Origin: an uncultured Crocinitomix sp.
GTDB taxonomy: Bacteria > Bacteroidota > Bacteroidia > Flavobacteriales_D > Crocinitomicaceae
DNA length: 64,000 nt
Direction of reading: 5' to 3'
Assembly: GCA_964415335.1 (NCBI GenBank)
Contig: CAYPZN010000006.1
Location: 11,657 to 75,656, forward strand
The translations under genes were made by a program, and so were the position numbers. How positions within the stretch are numbered: the stretch's first letter is position 1; each line of letters starts with the position of its first letter. The notes below the pieces were generated by a model. That model saw nothing but the letters and a program-made list of their open reading frames with translations, was not told the origin of the DNA and ran no database searches. Shown one piece after another: positions 60,249 to 64,000 of the stretch.

Positions 60249-61361
60249 TTATTCTTGCAACATTTGATCCCAGCCTTTAAAAATAGGCTCGTAGCCTTGT
60301 GCTCTAATTGCTTGAATAAAGTCTGAAGTTGAGCGCTTGTCATGAATCTCAAATTGCTCAAGATTAGTGTTTGGATTCGCATACCCGCCTGGGTCCGTCT
60401 TTGAATCTGCACTAATGGATGTAATACCAAGCTTTATAACATTGTTGCGAAATGTTTCTGACTCTCTGGTTGACATTGAAAGTTCAATCTCTTGATTAAA
60501 AATTCGGTAAGCACAAATCAATTGAACCAATTGTTTATCCGTCATCACAGACTTTAATTCTACTCCTCCTGCACAAGGTCTTAAACGCGGAAAAGAAATT
60601 GAATAGTTCGCTTTCCAATATTTTTTTTCTAAATAATCCAAGTGCGCAGCAGCAAAGAAAGAATCTGTCCTCCAATCTTCCAATCCGATCAAAACACCAA
60701 CACCCATCTTATGAATTCCAGCACGGCCCAATCGATCATGCGTATCTAATCGATAATTAAAATTGGACTTCTTTCCCTTGGGGTGATGTTTTTTATAATT
60801 GTCACGGTTATAGGTTTCTTGATAAACTAATACCGTATTCAATCCTGTTTCGATTAATCGTTCATATTCGTTTTGTTCTAACGGTTGTACTTCAATTGAA
60901 ATATGAGAAAAATGTGGTTTAATCAAACGAATGGCATTTTCAATATAATCTACGCCTACTGTTTTGTTTGCTTCTCCTGTTACGATTAAAACATGATCGT
61001 ACCCGTATGATTTAAGCACCTCGACTTCGGCCAAAATTTCTTTATCTGTTAATGTTTTTCTTGGAATTTTGACGTCTAAACTAAATCCACAATACGTACA
61101 TATATTTTGGCATTCGTTCGATAAATATAATGGTGCATACATCTGAATTGTTTTTCCAAAACGTTGTTGCGTCAATGCATGACTTTTTTGTGCCATTTCC
61201 TCCAAAAAAGGTTCCGCGGCTGGTGAAATCAAAGCCATAAAATCATTGAGTGTAGGCTGTTTTGAATCCATTGCTATTTGCACATCATTCGCTGTCATCT
61301 CATAAATCCGTTTTGAGATGTCATTCCATTTATATTTTTCGAATTTCTTTAAGTAACTCAT
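60249..61361 (-). CDS. thiH: 2-iminoacetate synthase ThiH (radical SAM)
   Basis: 370-aa ORF. Radical-SAM cluster motif ECQNICTYCGF. Its position directly after thiG and its length fit ThiH. Confidence 0.88.
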   Translation of the reverse strand: MSYLKKFEKYKWNDISKRIYEMTANDVQIAMDSKQPTLNDFMALISPAAEPFLEEMAQKSHALTQQRFGKTIQMYAPLYLSNECQNICTYCGFSLDVKIPRKTLTDKEILAEVEVLKSYGYDHVLIVTGEANKTVGVDYIENAIRLIKPHFSHISIEVQPLEQNEYERLIETGLNTVLVYQETYNRDNYKKHHPKGKKSNFNYRLDTHDRLGRAGIHKMGVGVLIGLEDWRTDSFFAAAHLDYLEKKYWKANYSISFPRLRPCAGGVELKSVMTDKQLVQLICAYRIFNQEIELSMSTRESETFRNNVIKLGITSISADSKTDPGGYANPNTNLEQFEIHDKRSTSDFIQAIRAQGYEPIFKGWDQMLQE

Positions 61362-61367
61362 GTCGTT

Positions 61368-62132
61368 TTAGCTTAAAAAATTCGTTAAAGGACTGCTTGC
61401 TTCTGCCTGATTTGAAATTGATCCAAGTTGCGCTTCATATGCTTTTCTTCCTGCAATTACTGCAAGTTTAAATGCTTCTGCCATAGCAATTGGATTAGGA
61501 GAAACAGCTATTGCTGTATTAACCAAAACAGCGTCTGCTCCTAACTCCATAGCATAAGCCGCATGAGATGGAGCTCCAATACCTGCATCAACAATAACAG
61601 GAACAGTTGCTTGCTCAATTATAATCTGTAAAAAATCTTCTGTTTTTATTCCTTTATTACTCCCAATAGGCGACCCTAAAGGCATTACAGCTTGAGTTCC
61701 CACTTCCTGTAATCTTTTTGAAAGAACTGGATCAGCATGAATGTATGGCAAAACAACAAAACCTAATTTCACCAATTCTTCAGCTGCTAATAATGTTTCG
61801 ATAGGATCGGGCATAAGGTATTTGGGATCGGGATGAATCTCCAACTTTATCCAGTTTGTTTCAAGTGCTTCTCTAGCTAATTGCGCTGCAAAAATAGCTT
61901 CTTTTGCTGATCTAACCCCTGAGGTATTTGGTAGCCAATTGAATTGATCAAGGCTCAAATGTTTTAAAATATCGTCATTTTCATCTTTAACATCTACACG
62001 TTTCAATGCCATTGTCACCAATCCAGATCCAGAAGCTTTGAGCGCTTTCCCCATTTCTTCGTTCGACTTGAATTTTCCAGTACCTGTAAATAAACGCGAA
62101 TCAAATTCGCGTTCTGCAATCTTTAATTTCAT
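61368..62132 (-). CDS. thiG: Thiazole synthase ThiG
   Basis: The ATG at 62130-62132 gives [21 protein letters not shown].... Other blocks are ...LPNTSG..., [20 protein letters not shown] and [13 protein letters not shown]. The track ORF starts at a TTG 7 codons upstream. Confidence 0.92.
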   Translation of the reverse strand: MKLKIAEREFDSRLFTGTGKFKSNEEMGKALKASGSGLVTMALKRVDVKDENDDILKHLSLDQFNWLPNTSGVRSAKEAIFAAQLAREALETNWIKLEIHPDPKYLMPDPIETLLAAEELVKLGFVVLPYIHADPVLSKRLQEVGTQAVMPLGSPIGSNKGIKTEDFLQIIIEQATVPVIVDAGIGAPSHAAYAMELGADAVLVNTAIAVSPNPIAMAEAFKLAVIAGRKAYEAQLGSISNQAEASSPLTNFLS

Positions 62133-62245
62133 CCGTCTATAATTTATTTCCAATGGTCAGATGGAACTCGCAAATCACACCCGTTCCGTTATCTATCAAA
62201 CGTATTGTCATACTCATTTTATTTTAATTCTTGAAAAGTGCTTAG

Positions 62246-62884
62246 TTAATTCTTTTCAACCATTTCTAAGCTTTTGTTAATTCTTTCTATTAGTTGTTTC
62301 TTTTCTTGCGATTTCTCAATCAAACCTGCTACTGCTATGCCAAAAATGCTTGTTTCTTTTACTAGAGTCTCAATATCATCTTCTTCAATTCCTCCTATCG
62401 CGATTACTGGAACCGATATTTCTTTCGCTGATAAAATATCTTGATATCCTTTTAACCCAAGAATTGGACTCAGTTTTTTCTTTGTTGTTGTTGTACGATA
62501 AGGTCCTAAACCAATATAATCAATCCCATCATTAATCCGTTGAAAGCAATCCTCTCGTGTATTCGCAGTTCCTCCAATTATTTTATGTTCTCCCAATATG
62601 TTTCTTGCCTCAGCAATAGGCATATCCTCTAAACCTAAATGGACACCATCAGCATCAATTTTTTTTGCAATTTCTACATGATCATTGATAATCAGTTTTG
62701 CCTTTCCAGCACATTTTTCTTTAACTATTTTAGCAGTATCTAGAAAGTTAATATCCTGTTGTTTAATTCTTAATTGAATCCATTTTCCACCAGCCTTTAT
62801 AAACGTATCAACTTGAAGAATTATTTCATCAACCGTAGTTGCGTTAGTGATATAGTGTAGCCTATCTATCTTCATTCCCCTCAT
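62246..62884 (-). CDS. thiE: Thiamine-phosphate synthase ThiE
   Basis: 212-aa ORF. LHYITN..., WIQLRIK, LIINDHVEIA...DGVHLG, IIGGTAN, DYIGLGPYRTTTTK, VIAIGGI. Confidence 0.85.
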   Translation of the reverse strand: MRGMKIDRLHYITNATTVDEIILQVDTFIKAGGKWIQLRIKQQDINFLDTAKIVKEKCAGKAKLIINDHVEIAKKIDADGVHLGLEDMPIAEARNILGEHKIIGGTANTREDCFQRINDGIDYIGLGPYRTTTTKKKLSPILGLKGYQDILSAKEISVPVIAIGGIEEDDIETLVKETSIFGIAVAGLIEKSQEKKQLIERINKSLEMVEKN

Positions 62885-63281
62885 TTAAATCGTCTAAAAT
62901 ATTTGGGTTAGATTCTGGCAATGTTCGGTCTAAAACAAATGACAACAAATAGCTTAGTAATACCATGCATGAACCGACCAAAAAGAAAAAAATCACATAA
63001 GGCCAATGCATTATTTTAAACAAAACACCTAAGACTATAATCCCAAAACCAGCATTAAAAAGCATATTGGTTATTTTATTTTCTCTTAGCGGATCTGAAA
63101 CATTATTGGCTATTTCAATCCAACTTTTAAGTCCATAAACAACCACCAACACTATCGCTAAATGATACACTTTTATTGGATTAAGAAAAGCAAACAGGTG
63201 CAAAATCTTAACCAAAAAAACAACCATTAGAATTCCATTCAATAGGTTTAAAATTTTAATAATTAGTCTTGGATTTGTCAT
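62862..63281 (-). CDS. Small polytopic membrane protein embedded in the thi operon
   Basis: 139-aa ORF with about 4 TM segments arranged as two hairpins (..MVVFLVKILHLFAF.. and ..VLGVLFKIMHWPYVIFFFLVG..), followed by an acidic tail. It overlaps thiE by 14-23 nt. Confidence 0.6.
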   Translation of the reverse strand: MTNPRLIIKILNLLNGILMVVFLVKILHLFAFLNPIKVYHLAIVLVVVYGLKSWIEIANNVSDPLRENKITNMLFNAGFGIIVLGVLFKIMHWPYVIFFFLVGSCMVLLSYLLSFVLDRTLPESNPNILDDLNEGNEDR

Positions 63282-63297
63282 AGCACTCTTTTCTTTT

Positions 63298-64000
63298 TTA
63301 TATCATATGATATCCTAGTAGTCCTGTATTGCTTTTTAAAAATTGCTCAATGTATCGTTTCGATCGAAGAATTGCTTTTTTTTCAGGGTAACCCCGTGCT
63401 AAATTCGCTGCTAAAGCAGATGAAAACACACACCCGCTTCCGTGCTTATCAGAATAATTACCCGGTTTCGGATTAAACACATTTATTTGCTTTTCAACAA
63501 TAAAATAATCTTTCCCTTTTGCCTTTAGATTATGCCCTCCTTTAAGATATACTTTGGTCAACTGACTTAACTCAACTGCTCCTTCTAGTGCATCTGAATT
63601 TTTAGTTAGCTGAGTTACCTCATTCCAATTTGGAGTTAAGATGTCTATTCCTTTAAGTACGCTTTCTAAATCGTCAAGGTTTTGATTAAAATCAAAACCG
63701 GCACTTGCTGATAAAACCGGATCCCAAATTATTTTCAAATTTGATTGCTCACTTTTTAATCGCTCAATCAATTCGAACAAAAATGCGGTAGATTGAATCA
63801 AACCAATCTTAACCAAAGGGATTTTGTACTTTTTTAGTAACAAGGTTAGCTGTTCAAAGACAAATGTTTTGTCAACCCAACTTGTATTAAGGAATTGATC
63901 TTCTACTTGAATCGTGTTTGCCGTAACAACTGCTAAACCGTTACATTTATTTGCTTCAAACGTTTTTATATCTGCTAAAACGCCTGCACCTCCTGAAGGG
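63298..64000 (-). CDS. thiD: Hydroxymethylpyrimidine/phosphomethylpyrimidine kinase ThiD (5' end lies beyond the right edge)
   Basis: The frame stays open from 64000: PSGGAGVLADIKTFEANKCNGLAVVTANTIQ... continues into the track ORF (...IGLIQS..., ...LKGGH..., HGSGCVFSSALAANLARG). The track start at 63843 is an internal TTG. Confidence 0.85.
   Translation of the reverse strand, partial: PSGGAGVLADIKTFEANKCNGLAVVTANTIQVEDQFLNTSWVDKTFVFEQLTLLLKKYKIPLVKIGLIQSTAFLFELIERLKSEQSNLKIIWDPVLSASAGFDFNQNLDDLESVLKGIDILTPNWNEVTQLTKNSDALEGAVELSQLTKVYLKGGHNLKAKGKDYFIVEKQINVFNPKPGNYSDKHGSGCVFSSALAANLARGYPEKKAILRSKRYIEQFLKSNTGLLGYHMI

Noticed and set aside
62137-62217. A 26-codon minus-strand ORF ([26 protein letters not shown]) sits between thiE and thiG. 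Its ends vaguely resemble the N- and C-termini of ThiS (M.I.(L/V)NG... / ...I(E)(I/F)(V/H)..(V/I)GG).
   Set aside because: It is far too short for ThiS (~66 aa) and lacks the essential C-terminal Gly-Gly. The resemblance rests on a handful of residues. thiS is probably encoded upstream of the window.

Overview
The window is low-GC chromosomal DNA that looks like Bacteroidota, probably Flavobacteriia-like. Supporting signs are seven proteins ending in T9SS type-A C-terminal sorting domains (xYPNPxx...G(I/V)Y tails), TAnnTTTG-type -7 promoter boxes, and CarboxypepD_reg/TonB-dependent outer-membrane proteins. Housekeeping genes recognised by motif are icd (monomeric type), ispD, queA, trmB, ruvC, greA, ahcY and thiD-thiE-thiG-thiH, plus an RNase P RNA gene that the ORF track does not show. 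These are interleaved with surface-protein and regulatory loci. I found no transposase, integrase, CRISPR array, tRNA or rRNA. Five observations stand out. (1) A cobalamin riboswitch sits in front of a tight 4-gene operon: a triple-repeat T9SS protein, a BtuB-like receptor, a BtuG-like propeller lipoprotein and a second T9SS protein. (2) A tight 3-gene outer-membrane module encodes an Oar-like 1242-aa TonB-dependent barrel, a 1387-aa secreted giant with a PorU-like tail, and a PorV/PorQ-like barrel. (3) An archaeal-type GGGP-synthase homolog is translationally coupled inside an operon of T9SS cargo genes. (4) A diverged 256-bp duplicate of the icd 3' end plus its terminator brackets a 5.9-kb three-gene segment. 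(5) A five-gene all-exported envelope cluster lies divergent from an orphan LuxR-type response regulator. All functional calls rest on motif recognition by eye; no database search was run.
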